A stretch of DNA of 64,000 nt from an uncultured cyanobacterium (GCA_963749915.1 CAVVOP010000008.1:704001-768000); one strand, 5' to 3'. Shown: positions 1 to 10,174, numbered from the stretch's first letter. Numbers and translations: made by a program. The notes: a model not told the origin generated them from the letters alone.

Positions 1-103
1 ACCTAAAGATAAACGTCAACAAAAATAACTTGGGTTCAGGGTTCTAAATTGTCAATTTCTCTAGAATAAATTGGTTTTGATGTCATCGGCAATAATTTTG
101 TCC

Positions 104-126
104 CGGGGTGGGCAATGCCCACCACG
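104..126. repeat. REP-like palindrome GGTGGGCA-A-TGCCCACC downstream of ctaE (possible terminator/stabiliser)
   Basis: Perfect 8-bp stem at 107-123, a few nt beyond the ctaE stop; resembles common cyanobacterial REP palindromes. Confidence 0.6.
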
Positions 127-131
127 TAATT

Positions 132-752
132 TTATTGTAATGGCAGCAAATAAACGAGAATAAAGAGGATAATCCAGACTACATCGACAAAATGCCAATA
201 TAATTCCGATGCTTCTACTCCGAAATGTTTACTAGCAGAATAATGACCTTCTTTTCGCGAACGCCATAACACCGCTAAAATGAATAATAATCCAGCGGTG
301 ACGTGTAAACCGTGAAAACCAGTCAACACATAAAAGCAACTGCTAAAGAGGTTATCCGTTAAACCGAAGCCTGTATGGGCGTATTCATAAAGTTGTCCAC
401 CTAAGAAGATAGTGCCCATAATAGCAGTTAGAATAAACCACAATTGTAAACCTTTGACATCGTTATTTCTAATACAACTTTGCCCTTTGTGCATAACAAA
501 ACTACTGGAAATCAGGATAATGCTGTTAATTCCGGGCAAGAGTAACTCTAATTCGATGTCATCCATAGGCCACTCTGGCATGGTGGCATAGTAAATCATG
601 TAAGCACTGAAAAGACCGAAAAAGATCATACTTTCAGCGATAAGAAACAAGACTAACCCAAACATCCGATGATCTGGGTGTCCATGATGATGAGATTCGG
701 CTTCTTTATCGTAACCAAGGGTAACTTGAGAATCAATAGCTGAACTTTGCAT
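132..752 (-). CDS. ctaE: cytochrome c oxidase subunit III
   Basis: Motifs FYVLTGFHGLHV and LYWHFVDVVW; last gene of ctaCDE. ATG at 752 (MQSSAID) preferred over the 803 start, which lies in a repeat. Confidence 0.93.
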   Translation of the reverse strand: MQSSAIDSQVTLGYDKEAESHHHGHPDHRMFGLVLFLIAESMIFFGLFSAYMIYYATMPEWPMDDIELELLLPGINSIILISSSFVMHKGQSCIRNNDVKGLQLWFILTAIMGTIFLGGQLYEYAHTGFGLTDNLFSSCFYVLTGFHGLHVTAGLLFILAVLWRSRKEGHYSASKHFGVEASELYWHFVDVVWIILFILVYLLPLQ

Positions 753-785
753 TATTTTCGATGGGTTATATAACAATAATGAGTA

Positions 786-858
786 TTTTGCCCCCACCCC
801 CAAGCTTGGGGGTGAAAAGGGAAATTAAAAGTCTCCTGAATTTGGATCTTTAGAGGCT
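786..858. repeat. Double-hairpin dispersed repeat containing perfect palindrome CACCCCCAAGCTTGGGGGTG (795-814)
   Basis: Same layout (TTTTGCCCCC...ATTAAAAG..TTTGG..TTTAG.GGC) recurs at 26196-26263. Confidence 0.6.
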
Positions 859-2512
859 ACTTCGCACTTGCTTCTGCCAACATATCGGCGACGGTTTCTT
901 CTTCTGAGTCAGATTCGCTGTCAATACCGTAGTCATAAGGACCACTCCATAACACTGGTTCTTCCTCAAAGTTTTCGATGATAGGAGGTGAAGCGGTTTG
1001 CCATTCAAGGGTTAACGCTTTCCAAGGATTACGCTCGGCTTGTGTACCTTTTGCTAAACTCCAAATTACATTGATGATAAAAGGAATAGTTGATACTGCC
1101 ATAACGTAAGCACCAGCAGTACTGAGTAAGTTTAAGGGTTGAAATTCCACATCGTATAAAGCAATACGACGATTCATACCCATTAAACCCAATTGGTGCA
1201 TTGGCATAAAGGTAATATTTAAACCGATAAAAGTTAAAAGGAAATGTAGTTTTCCTAAACCTTCGTGATAGTTTTTCCCTGTTATCTTAGGAAACCAGTG
1301 ATAAAAGCCCGAAAATAGAGCTAATGCAGATCCACCGAATAGTACATAGTGGAAATGCCCGACAACAAAGTAAGTATCATGGACATGAATATCAAAGGGG
1401 ACAGAGGCCACCATGACTCCTGTTAAGCCACCAATCAGGAAAGATGAGATGAATCCCATGGCAAATAACATGGGGGTATTTAGCTCGATTTTCCCACCCC
1501 ACATTGTCCCACACCAACTAAAAATTTTGATCCCCGTTGGTACAGCAATCAACATGGTTGTAGCCATGAAAAACATTCTTAACCATCCGGGTGTACCACT
1601 GGTGAACATATGATGTGCCCAGACAATCAACCCTAGAAAACTAATGGCTAAACTAGAATAAGCAATAGCACGATAACCAAAAATAGGCTTACGGGAATGT
1701 ACAGGAATTACTTCGGAAATCACCCCAAAAAACGGCATAATCATGATATATACCGCAGGGTGGGAGTAAAACCAGAATAGATGTTGGTAAACGACGGGAT
1801 CACCGCCACCAGTGGGATTAAAAAAACTTGTACCGGCGATTAGGTCGAAGGAGAGTAAAATTAACGCCCCTGCTAATACTGGGGTTGAGAGTAAGATTAA
1901 AGCAGAAGTTGCCAACATCGCCCAACAAAATAGGGGCATACTGTGCAAATCCATTTCTTTGATACGCATTTTGAGGATGGTGGTGGCGAAGTTGATACCC
2001 CCCAAAATAGACGATGTACCTAATAATAAGATACTCAAAATCCACAATTCTTCTCCCCATTTTCCTGTCATTAAACTTAAAGGAGGGTAAGATGTCCAAC
2101 CAGATTGAGGTGCACCCACGAGGAAACTACCTAATAATAAAATGCCCCCTGGAGGTGCCATCCAAAAAGCAACAGCATTTAGACGGGGGAAAGCCATATC
2201 TTCTGCACCAATCATCAAGGGAATGAGGTAGTTAGCAAAAGCCGCCCCTGCTGGTACAATCCATAAAAAGATCATGATTGTACCGTGAAGGGTAAAAAGC
2301 TGATTGTATAACTCAGGAGATACAAAATCGGGATCTGGTGTTGCCAATTCTGTGCGCAGGACTTCGGCAAATGCACCGCCGATAAAGTAAAACAAGAAGG
2401 AAGTTACTAAATATTGGATACCGATAACTTTATGATCTGTGTTAAAGGTAAAGTAATCTATGAGTTTCCTTTCTTTATGTTGGGGTTTTTCTGAAATTAA
2501 GTTGGTTGTCAT
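857..2512 (-). CDS. ctaD: cytochrome c oxidase subunit I
   Basis: HKVIGIQY, HLFWFYSHPAVY, VWAHHMF and GHFHYV heme/CuB motifs; 551 aa. Confidence 0.97.
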   Translation of the reverse strand: MTTNLISEKPQHKERKLIDYFTFNTDHKVIGIQYLVTSFLFYFIGGAFAEVLRTELATPDPDFVSPELYNQLFTLHGTIMIFLWIVPAGAAFANYLIPLMIGAEDMAFPRLNAVAFWMAPPGGILLLGSFLVGAPQSGWTSYPPLSLMTGKWGEELWILSILLLGTSSILGGINFATTILKMRIKEMDLHSMPLFCWAMLATSALILLSTPVLAGALILLSFDLIAGTSFFNPTGGGDPVVYQHLFWFYSHPAVYIMIMPFFGVISEVIPVHSRKPIFGYRAIAYSSLAISFLGLIVWAHHMFTSGTPGWLRMFFMATTMLIAVPTGIKIFSWCGTMWGGKIELNTPMLFAMGFISSFLIGGLTGVMVASVPFDIHVHDTYFVVGHFHYVLFGGSALALFSGFYHWFPKITGKNYHEGLGKLHFLLTFIGLNITFMPMHQLGLMGMNRRIALYDVEFQPLNLLSTAGAYVMAVSTIPFIINVIWSLAKGTQAERNPWKALTLEWQTASPPIIENFEEEPVLWSGPYDYGIDSESDSEEETVADMLAEASAK

Positions 2513-2615
2513 AAATCCTAAATTAAAACAATATATTGCGACATTGATATAAATAAAAGGGAAAAGGCCATTTACTGGGCAACGATTATCTCGTCTCCGA
2601 GTTCCCTCCTTCTAT

Positions 2616-3560
2616 TTATCTATGGAGTTGAGCTAATGTTTCGGAAGTCACTCCTAAGTGGTGAGAGTGCATTTCTAAACGGCTTTCTTGGGTCATGGGT
2701 TGAGTCATGAAAGCCATGGTGTCTGCTTGTTTTTCTGCACTTGCAAAGGTATTCTCTTGTATCCATTTTTGGTAATCTTCTTCACTTTCTACATGAAGAG
2801 TGGTTTTCATGCCACCATGGTAAGCACCACACAACTCTGCACAAATAATAGGATAGTCACCGATACGATTGGCATTAAAAGCTAAATTTGAATCTCTACC
2901 GGGTAGAACATCTTGTTTTAATCTAAGTTGCGGTACCCAAAAAGCGTGAATGACATCTCCTGCTTTCATATTAAGTTTTATTTGTTTATTCACAGGCACA
3001 TGAAGTTCCCCTGACACTACCCCAGAATCAGGATAGGTAAAAATCCACGCGTATTGAATCCCATTAACATCCACTTCTAAATCGGCGTTAGCATCACCAA
3101 TCCCTAAAGATAAATGCCCCTGATGGGGGTTAAAAGCTACCATTTTTCCTTGATTTCCTGCCATTTGCATTTCCCCCTGAGGGAAATCACGGGAGATAGT
3201 AGGGTCTAAACCGCCCATATTGTTATAAACTTCAAAGCTATAAAGTGCCAAAATAAACACAATAACTGTGGGAATAGCGGTCCAAAATATCTCTAAAGGT
3301 ACATTACCTTCTGATGGAGGACCATCAGTGCGATCGCCTTTTTTCCGTCTGAATTTGATCAGGCAATAAACTAAAACCCCTTCCACGATTAAAAATAAAC
3401 CTGTGGCAATGGTCATCATCAGATTAAACAAACCATCTACTTCTACCGCCCCTTGAGAGGCTTCTATGGGCATTAAGCCATGATTCTGTCCATACCACAA
3501 ACTGATCAAGGTTAGTAAAATACCTGCTATCAGGGTGATAATATTACCGGGAATGTTCAC
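2616..3560 (-). CDS. ctaC: cytochrome c oxidase subunit II
   Basis: DVIHAFWVP and CuA motif CAELCGAYHGGM; GTG start. Confidence 0.96.
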   Translation of the reverse strand: MNIPGNIITLIAGILLTLISLWYGQNHGLMPIEASQGAVEVDGLFNLMMTIATGLFLIVEGVLVYCLIKFRRKKGDRTDGPPSEGNVPLEIFWTAIPTVIVFILALYSFEVYNNMGGLDPTISRDFPQGEMQMAGNQGKMVAFNPHQGHLSLGIGDANADLEVDVNGIQYAWIFTYPDSGVVSGELHVPVNKQIKLNMKAGDVIHAFWVPQLRLKQDVLPGRDSNLAFNANRIGDYPIICAELCGAYHGGMKTTLHVESEEDYQKWIQENTFASAEKQADTMAFMTQPMTQESRLEMHSHHLGVTSETLAQLHR

Positions 3561-3732
3561 TGTTACTAATCCTATCCATTGATAATTAAACTTCTCTTTT
3601 CTAGGATAAGATATATTTCCTCTGATGTCGCCATGTTTTCAGGAATTGATAATAATTAGGGATTAGCAATTAGTAATTAGTGATGAAAAATGGCAAAATT
3701 TCACGGCAATCTCCGAAGTGCTGACTCTTTCT

Positions 3733-4158
3733 TCAATGTATCCCGTGAGTTAAACTTAAATCAGGACGCAAATTTTCTGCTTTTCTGAGGTAAGAATGAT
3801 ACATTTCTTTTTGTGTTTTATGTGTATTAATGTATATTAAGACTCGAATACATTTTTCTAAACTGCCCCTCACCTGCATTTGTTGTATATCTAATAACGG
3901 TATATTTTCCCATTGAGGACGTTCTCGTGCGATGGCAGCCGGAAAAACCACATCTAAATCGGGGGTAACGGTAAAAATGACACTGACAACTTCTTTGTGA
4001 TTCAATTGATTACGGGTTTCTATGTCAGTTAATAACTCACTAACGGCCTCTCTTATCGCTTCTATGGTATTCCCCTCGGCGGTAGTGGCACCTCGAATTG
4101 CCCGTACTTTTGTCATCAACTGTTCACTCATCTCCCCAGTAAATTGCAAATTTTCCAT
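3733..4158 (-). CDS. aroH: chorismate mutase, AroH class
   Basis: VRAIRGATT, FPAAIAR, CIRVLI and LRPDL motifs; true start may be one of the internal Met codons. Confidence 0.9.
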   Translation of the reverse strand: MENLQFTGEMSEQLMTKVRAIRGATTAEGNTIEAIREAVSELLTDIETRNQLNHKEVVSVIFTVTPDLDVVFPAAIARERPQWENIPLLDIQQMQVRGSLEKCIRVLIYINTHKTQKEMYHSYLRKAENLRPDLSLTHGIH

Positions 4159-4164
4159 AATAAA

Positions 4165-4986
4165 TTAAGGACGATATAACCATAAAGGTTGACCACTGGT
4201 AGCCAATTCAAATTCTAGCCAATTCATGGCAGATGCTACCCCTGATTTTGCCTGACCACGACCATTAAGAAAACGGTTAACAAAAGATTTTGGTTGTTCT
4301 ATGGTTTGACATTCAGTTTTATCAGGATCAAGACTGACTAATTCACAAGCCCAACGAAAAGCATCTTTTTCACTACCTAAACGATCAACTAACCCTAATT
4401 TTAAAGCCTGTTGACCACTAAAAATGCGCCCGTCGGCAAAACTTTTAACGGTTTCAATACTCAATTTTCTACCTTCGGCGATGGTTTCGACAAATTGCTC
4501 ATAGCTACTATCAATCAAATGTTGCAAAATACTTTCCTCCTCGTTGGTCAAATCTCGATCGAATGATAAAATATCTTTATAGGGTCCCGATTTGATTACT
4601 TTAAAAGAAACCCCAAGTTTATCTAATAATTTTTGTAGGTTATTACCTCGAATAATTACCCCGACACTGCCGGTGATAGTGCCAGGATTAGAGACAATAT
4701 GATTTGCACCCACACCGATATAAACCCCTCCTGAAGCGGAAATATTGCCAAAACTCGCCACAATTTTGATTTTCTCCCCTAATTTTTTTAGCGCTGAATA
4801 AATTTCTTGGGAATCAGCTACCGTGCCGCCGGGGGAGTCAATGCGCAATAATAAGGCAGGGAATTTTTTTTCTTCTACCACTTCCAAAGCGTCTAATACT
4901 TGTTCACGGATTTGAGATGCGATCGCACCATTGATCTCTATTCGGGCAATTTGTTTTGTCGTAGAAGGTTTAAAAGGCCAAATCAT
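4165..4986 (-). CDS. sppA: signal peptide peptidase SppA (short S49 type)
   Basis: LRIDSPGG, SASGGVY, TITGSVGV, KSGPYKD and DGRIFSG motifs. Confidence 0.92.
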   Translation of the reverse strand: MIWPFKPSTTKQIARIEINGAIASQIREQVLDALEVVEEKKFPALLLRIDSPGGTVADSQEIYSALKKLGEKIKIVASFGNISASGGVYIGVGANHIVSNPGTITGSVGVIIRGNNLQKLLDKLGVSFKVIKSGPYKDILSFDRDLTNEEESILQHLIDSSYEQFVETIAEGRKLSIETVKSFADGRIFSGQQALKLGLVDRLGSEKDAFRWACELVSLDPDKTECQTIEQPKSFVNRFLNGRGQAKSGVASAMNWLEFELATSGQPLWLYRP

Positions 4987-5213
4987 TAGATGTATTTATA
5001 AATTAAGATAATATGTAAGTTTTGTATATTAGGTCAGGATAACATTATAACAATGAACCATGAACAATTTTTAAAATGAGTTGGGGGTTAAGTTTTAGGC
5101 TAAGAGTTAATGATAGAATGGTCTTTTTAAGGATATTATCAGGTTTTTATTCCTCCAAATTTATGTCATTTATTATTCCTATTGAACTTTAAAATAAGGT
5201 ATAAAATTAACCT

Positions 5214-5867
5214 ATGAATATCAGTGAAAAAACTCAATATCAAGATAATTTAATCGATCAAATATTTATTGCTTTATTTTCTCGAAAAATGGCGAAAGCA
5301 GTGGGGGAAAAACCCAAATTCAAAGGCTATGGCGGTTTTGTAGATTTATCGCAACAGATAATGAAAGGGCGCACAGCACCACAACAACAGGAATTGGTCG
5401 GGGTGGTGTTAAAATCCTTAGTACCCTCACCTGTTTTATACCTAATTCGCACTTTATTTTCTCCCACAAAATGGGTATGTGAATCTAACGCATGGTTTGC
5501 CACCGTTTTATTTGAATGGTTGGTGGGTAAATCCGAAATTCAAGAAGTAGAGATAATCGGAGAAGACAATCAACCTCGTCAGCAAAAAAGCGGCGTAAAA
5601 ATCAAAAAATGTCGTTACCTTGAAGAAAGTGGTTGCGTGGGAATGTGTCTCAATATGTGTAAAATACCGACCCAAAAATTTTTTACGGAGTCTTTTGGCA
5701 TTCCCCTAACCATGACACCTGATTTTGAAGATTTTAGTTGCAAGATGGTTTTCGGACAAAATCCCCCTCCCTTAGAAACAGAATCAGCTAGTAGTCATCC
5801 TTGTTTACAAAGTTTCTGCCCCACTGCGATCAATTCTCCCCAACCTTGCCCTAAAATTTATCAGTAA
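5214..5867 (+). CDS. DUF4033 / beta-carotene isomerase D27-like protein
   Basis: FEWLVG and KCRYLEESGCVGMCLNMCKIPTQKFF...GIPLTMTPDFEDFSCKMVFG, the Cys-rich motif of DWARF27 homologues. Confidence 0.8.
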   Translation: MNISEKTQYQDNLIDQIFIALFSRKMAKAVGEKPKFKGYGGFVDLSQQIMKGRTAPQQQELVGVVLKSLVPSPVLYLIRTLFSPTKWVCESNAWFATVLFEWLVGKSEIQEVEIIGEDNQPRQQKSGVKIKKCRYLEESGCVGMCLNMCKIPTQKFFTESFGIPLTMTPDFEDFSCKMVFGQNPPPLETESASSHPCLQSFCPTAINSPQPCPKIYQ

Positions 5868-5909
5868 GCCATTTTGTTAGGTCTCCGATGAACACAGGTA
5901 ATAGAGTAA

Positions 5910-6075
5910 TAGACCTCATGATCCAGTCTCAGAGCTTGTGAATCAAACAGCATCTAACCAAGAAAGGAAAAATAGCAGCTTACAAAATGAACCATGCCAG
6001 AATACTATTGTTAGCAGATGTCAATCAACCAGAAGGCGGTTGGACAGATCTAAAAATCAGTGAAGCCTTAAATGT
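5910..6075 (+). mobile_element. IS630-like transposase N-terminal (HTH) remnant, cut off by the 295-bp element
   Basis: 5951-6075 translates HLTKKGKIAAYKMNHARILLLADVNQPEGGWTDLKISEALNV, typical of cyanobacterial IS630 N-termini. Confidence 0.7.
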
Positions 6076-6370
6076 CTGGTTCTAACGGATTTTGTGGTCA
6101 TTAGAAATCAAGGGCGATCGCCGACACTGCAATACTTTCACGGCACGAAAGAATCAGCTCGACTCTATGTACCCTCGATGGCACTGGTGTGGAATTTTCA
6201 TCCCTATTCTTCAAGAACTTGCTCATCAGACTCTGAGCGGATTTCGCCCTTTAAAGACCTCAATGAATTTCAATACCATCACAACTGGCTGCACAATTTG
6301 CTAATTGCCAGTTCGATGAATGGTCGAAGACCCCTAAAAACTGGTTGACCACAAAATCCGTTAGAACCAG
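6076..6370 (+). mobile_element. 295-bp non-autonomous element (MITE) with perfect 25-bp TIRs CTGGTTCTAACGGATTTTGTGGTCA, copy 1
   Basis: TIRs at 6076-6100 and 6346-6370; inverted copy at 19135-19429 with identical ORF translations. Confidence 0.9.
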
Positions 6371-6398
6371 AAATAGTTAATAGTAGAGTAAAATTTTA

Positions 6399-6429
6399 GT
6401 TAGGAGTAGAGGGCTAAACTACTCCTAAC
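6399..6429 (+). promoter_or_regulatory. 11-bp perfect stem-loop in the leader of the 94-aa gene
   Basis: GTTAGGAGTAG-(9 nt)-CTACTCCTAAC, followed by direct repeat AAATACTT x2 and RBS-like AAGGA. Confidence 0.5.
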
Positions 6430-6469
6430 AAATACTTAACAAATACTTTAAGCTAATAAGGATTTTAAC

Positions 6470-6754
6470 ATGAGTACAGTAACAGATAACGATTTAAAAG
6501 AGTTAAAGGATTTAATTAACTCCAAATTTGAGCAAGTCGATCGCAATTTTGAAAAAATAGATAGTAAATTTGAAAAGGTTTTTGAGGAGTTTACAGCCGT
6601 TAAAGTTGAGATAGCTACCATTAAAAGCGATGTTAACGGATTAGGAAAAAGATTAGATAATCTTGAATTTATCGCTCGGAGTGTTATTGGCGGTATTTTA
6701 GTTGCTTTATTATTGGGATTAACTAAAATACTTTATCCTAATCTACTCGGTTAA
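6470..6754 (+). CDS. small coiled-coil protein with C-terminal transmembrane helix (hypothetical)
   Basis: Heptad-like KFEQVD/NFEKID/KFEKVF repeats, hydrophobic tail SVIGGILVALLLGL, good RBS. Confidence 0.75.
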   Translation: MSTVTDNDLKELKDLINSKFEQVDRNFEKIDSKFEKVFEEFTAVKVEIATIKSDVNGLGKRLDNLEFIARSVIGGILVALLLGLTKILYPNLLG

Positions 6755-6862
6755 TTTTTCCCTAATCCATAAATCAATTTTTAAAATGAACTAATGGAAA
6801 ACTTTATAAAAAAGAGAGGTTAAAATATGACAATTATTACAGTTAAAAGAAGTGAAATCCCC

Positions 6863-7474
6863 CACAGTCAAAATGGTCAAAGCCGCTCTCGACAAGAAAT
6901 GTCATATCCTCGGACGGATTCCTGCCAATGTCAAGTTTGAGGTTGTCAAATGTCAAGTTTGAGGTTGTCAAACAGTTAGCTGAGGGCTCCTATCTCTCTT
7001 GGATAGCTCCTGACCGAAAATCGAAGAAGAAAGGAGCGACCAGAATTCCGGTACGGGTAATAGAGTACGTCATTGAAGAAAACGGAACTGAGCTAGTCAG
7101 TCTATCGCCTGATTACCGATTTAACTGATATCGCTCTATTTCCAGCTCTGTTGTTAGCCAGAGAATATGATCTGCGTTGCTCCCGTAGAAAATACACTTT
7201 CTGAATTGAAAACTTACCTTGCTGTTCCTTTATTTCAAGAGGCTGCGAACGATAATCTTCCTCTGTTTGCCAGTTGGTTAATGGAAGAAATTTTAGAGCA
7301 AGAGATTCCTCCCAGACAGGGCAGAACTAACCCCAGAGTCGTTAAGAAGCCTCGCTCCAAATTCATTAGTCGAAAACGATCTCATCGAGGTCATGGCACT
7401 CAGCTTCAACCACTTACCTTTGCCATTTCTCAACCTTATCAATCTGCTGCTTAGCTGTTAACCGAACAGTATTG
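6863..7474 (+). mobile_element. degraded IS4-family transposase remnant with right TIR
   Basis: Fragments MVKAALDKKCHILGRIPANVKFEVVKQL..GSYLSWIAPDRKSKKKGATRIPVRVIEY, ENTLSELKT, RTNPRVVKKP; ends in TTAACCGAACAGTATTG (IS4-type CAATACTGTTCGGTTAA terminus); frameshifts and internal deletion. Confidence 0.8.
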
Positions 7475-7594
7475 CCCCCTGATTGACTGATAATCTTTCT
7501 ACTTTACCCAATCACAGCGGTTTTCTCCTCACGGGGGGATCAGTGTCGGCGATCGCCCTTGATTTCTAATGACCACAAAATCCGTTAGAACCAG
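7475..7594 (-). mobile_element. isolated left end of the parent element of the 295-bp MITE
   Basis: 7541-7594 is the reverse complement of the first 54 bp of the MITE; the sequence then diverges for about 66 bp up to the IS4 TIR. Confidence 0.75.
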
Positions 7595-7684
7595 GAAAAA
7601 GTCAACAATTATTTTCATACCAATATTTCGGAAGATTATTTAAAGTAGTAAGCTGAGGTGTACAGACCCCTAACTTAACTTAAT

Positions 7685-8740
7685 CTATTTCCAACCCGCT
7701 TCATCCATTAATTTAACAGCATTAGCTAAATTAGGACCAAAACTGCCCACATTTGTCACATCAGATTTAAAACTACCAAAACTCTTTAACACAGGATCCA
7801 ATTCCACTCCCTCTACTACAGGATACTCATTATTCCCCTGGGCAAAAAATTTCTGAGCACTGGGACTTACTAAATACTCTAAAAATTTGATCGCCCCAGC
7901 TTTATTGGGGGCAGTTTTAACTACACCCCCACCACTGATATTAACATGAGCCCCTCTACCTTTTTGATTGGGAAAAAATACTCCTATTTTGTCAAAAATA
8001 GCTCTTTTTTTAGGATCTTTTGAAGTGCCATATCCCGCTAAATAATAAGTATTTGCTAATGCTAAATCGGCAATTCCAGCCGCTACCGCCTCAATTTGAT
8101 CCCGATCGCCACCTTGAGGAGGACGTGCCATATTTGCGACAATTCCTCGACACCATTGCTCTGTTTTTTGTTGACCATTAATGACAATTAGCCATGCCAC
8201 CATCGACTGATTATAGATATTACTAGAAGACCGAATCGCTATTTTACCTTTCCATTTTGGATTCGCCAAATCTTCATAGGTTGACAATTGACTAGGATTA
8301 ATCTTACTTTTGTTATACATAATCACCCGCACTCTTTTACTAAATCCAAACCAATTATTTAGAGGATCTCGAAAATAACTGGGGATTTTCTGTCTTAAAA
8401 TAGAGGAATTGACAGGAGTAAAAATAGTTGCTTGTTTTGCCTGCCATAAATTCCCCGCATCGGCCGTTAAAAAAACATCCGCCTTAGAATTTCGTCCTTC
8501 ATTTTTAAGTCTTTCTAATAATTGTTGACCATCACCCTCCACTAAATTAACCTTAATTCCCGTTTGCTTTTCAAAGTCTGTATAAAGTTGTTTATCAGTG
8601 TTATAGTGGCGACCTGAATATAAATTAATCTGTTTATTGTTTTCAGCCGAACTTGTTTCAACTCCCGCTAATTCTGCTAATGCTACCGCCGTCACTGCCG
8701 CCCCTGTACCTAAAAAAATTCTTCTACTAACCTTATTCAT
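7685..8740 (-). CDS. futA: Fe(III) ABC transporter periplasmic binding protein (FutA/IdiA), Tat signal
   Basis: SRRIFLG twin-arginine leader; LYSGRHY, SNIYNQS, ANTYYL, HVNISG and NNEYPV motifs. Confidence 0.9.
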   Translation of the reverse strand: MNKVSRRIFLGTGAAVTAVALAELAGVETSSAENNKQINLYSGRHYNTDKQLYTDFEKQTGIKVNLVEGDGQQLLERLKNEGRNSKADVFLTADAGNLWQAKQATIFTPVNSSILRQKIPSYFRDPLNNWFGFSKRVRVIMYNKSKINPSQLSTYEDLANPKWKGKIAIRSSSNIYNQSMVAWLIVINGQQKTEQWCRGIVANMARPPQGGDRDQIEAVAAGIADLALANTYYLAGYGTSKDPKKRAIFDKIGVFFPNQKGRGAHVNISGGGVVKTAPNKAGAIKFLEYLVSPSAQKFFAQGNNEYPVVEGVELDPVLKSFGSFKSDVTNVGSFGPNLANAVKLMDEAGWK

Positions 8741-8772
8741 TGAATCTTTGTTCTTAAAAAATTTACCTGAAA

Positions 8773-8828
8773 AATTATTTTATCATTATTGAGAATTAAT
8801 TGCACTAACTTTGAGATATATTTTCAAA
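8773..8828. promoter_or_regulatory. probable tandem Fur boxes upstream of futA
   Basis: ATTGAGAATTAATTGCACT (8788-8806), TTGAGATATATTTTCAA (8811-8827) and minus-strand AATAATGATAAAAATAATT, 30-90 bp from an iron-uptake gene. Confidence 0.6.
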
Positions 8829-9097
8829 TATTTTGACAAAAAATCTCGAACCTCTAATTTTTCCGGTTGAATTCAAAGGATGACCAAAGTTGTCAGGGAG
8901 AAGGTTTGATGTTTACAAGAGATTTGCACCCCCAAGAGAGAGGGTTTTCCATCTTAAAAATCCTGGGGATAAAAACTGGGGTTTTGTTACAACTCTTAAT
9001 AAAATAGGTTACTGGGATGGCAAAGATTTTGTTAAACTGAGACTTGACCTGAATTTTACGATGGAAAAGCAATAAATAGAGTTTAAAAAAAAATATT

Positions 9098-10174
9098 ATG
9101 GTAACAACATTACAAAAACCCGAATACGAAGAAATACGTCCGGGAGTAAAAGCACCAGCCAAAGAAACAATTCTCACTCCCCGTTTTTATACAACGGATT
9201 TCGATGCCATGGCTAAAATGGATATTACCGCTAATGAGGAAGAGTTACAGGCGATTTTGGCAGAATTTAAGGAAGACTATAATCGTCACCATTTTGTCCG
9301 TAATGCTGATTTTGATCAATCATGGGACCATATAGATGGAGAAACCCGTAAATTGTTTGTAGAATTTCTTGAGCGCTCTTGTACTGCGGAATTTTCGGGG
9401 TTTTTATTATATAAAGAATTAGGCAGACGCTTAAAAGATAAAAATCCTGTATTAGCTGAGTGTTTCAACCTCATGTCTAGGGACGAAGCACGTCACGCAG
9501 GTTTCCTCAATAAAGCTATGTCTGACTTCAACTTATCCTTAGATTTAGGATTTTTAACCAAAAGTCGTGACTATACCTTCTTCCAACCCAAATTTATCTT
9601 TTATGCCACCTATCTATCTGAAAAAATCGGTTATTGGCGTTATATCACTATTTACCGTCATTTAGAACAAAATCCCGAAAGTCGTATTTACCCCATCTTC
9701 AAGTTTTTTGAAAATTGGTGTCAAGACGAAAACCGTCACGGGGACTTTTTTGATGCGATTCTCAAGGCTAAACCTGAATACTTAAATGATTGGAAGGCTA
9801 AGCTATGGTGTCGTTTCTTCCTCTTATCGGTATTTGCAACCATGTATCTCAATGATCTACAACGTGCTGACTTTTATGCTTCTATAGGTTTAGATGCACG
9901 AACTTATGATAAACACGTTATTGAGAAAACTAATCATACTGCGGGAAGAGTTTTCCCCGTTATCATTGATGTTAATAACCCTGCTTTTTATGACAGCTTA
10001 GAAATTTGTGTTAGTAACTGTGAAAAATTACGTGCTATTGATGGGAGTAATGCGATCGCACCGCTAAAATTCCTTCGTAAATTACCGTTATTTTTATCTA
10101 ATGCTAGTCAATTTATCCGTCTATACTTTATTGAGCCTATTGACGCAGCAACTTTACAAGGTACAGTTCTTTAA
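9098..10174 (+). CDS. acsF: Mg-protoporphyrin IX monomethyl ester oxidative cyclase
   Basis: [27 protein letters not shown] and DENRHGD diiron motifs. Confidence 0.97.
   Translation: MVTTLQKPEYEEIRPGVKAPAKETILTPRFYTTDFDAMAKMDITANEEELQAILAEFKEDYNRHHFVRNADFDQSWDHIDGETRKLFVEFLERSCTAEFSGFLLYKELGRRLKDKNPVLAECFNLMSRDEARHAGFLNKAMSDFNLSLDLGFLTKSRDYTFFQPKFIFYATYLSEKIGYWRYITIYRHLEQNPESRIYPIFKFFENWCQDENRHGDFFDAILKAKPEYLNDWKAKLWCRFFLLSVFATMYLNDLQRADFYASIGLDARTYDKHVIEKTNHTAGRVFPVIIDVNNPAFYDSLEICVSNCEKLRAIDGSNAIAPLKFLRKLPLFLSNASQFIRLYFIEPIDAATLQGTVL

Noticed and set aside
1413..2885. Short antisense/alternative-frame ORFs in ctaD/ctaC (likewise in trmFO, topA, cobN, nifJ, ictB and others)
   Set aside because: Shadow ORFs of well-supported genes
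3330..3337. Abundant HIP1 GCGATCGC sites as a novel signal
   Set aside because: Well-known cyanobacterial feature; used only for taxonomic context
6092..6348. ORFs 6092-6304 and 6094-6348 (and 19157-19413) as genuine small genes
   Set aside because: They lie wholly inside the MITE; one is a transposase-like 3' fragment, the other an alternative frame
6076..7594. Composite transposon carrying the 94-aa gene between two inverted left ends
   Set aside because: No flanking direct repeat and no intact transposase; cannot be supported
8890..9177. ORFs 8890-9075 and 8893-9177
   Set aside because: Lie in the acsF promoter/antisense region with no homology cues
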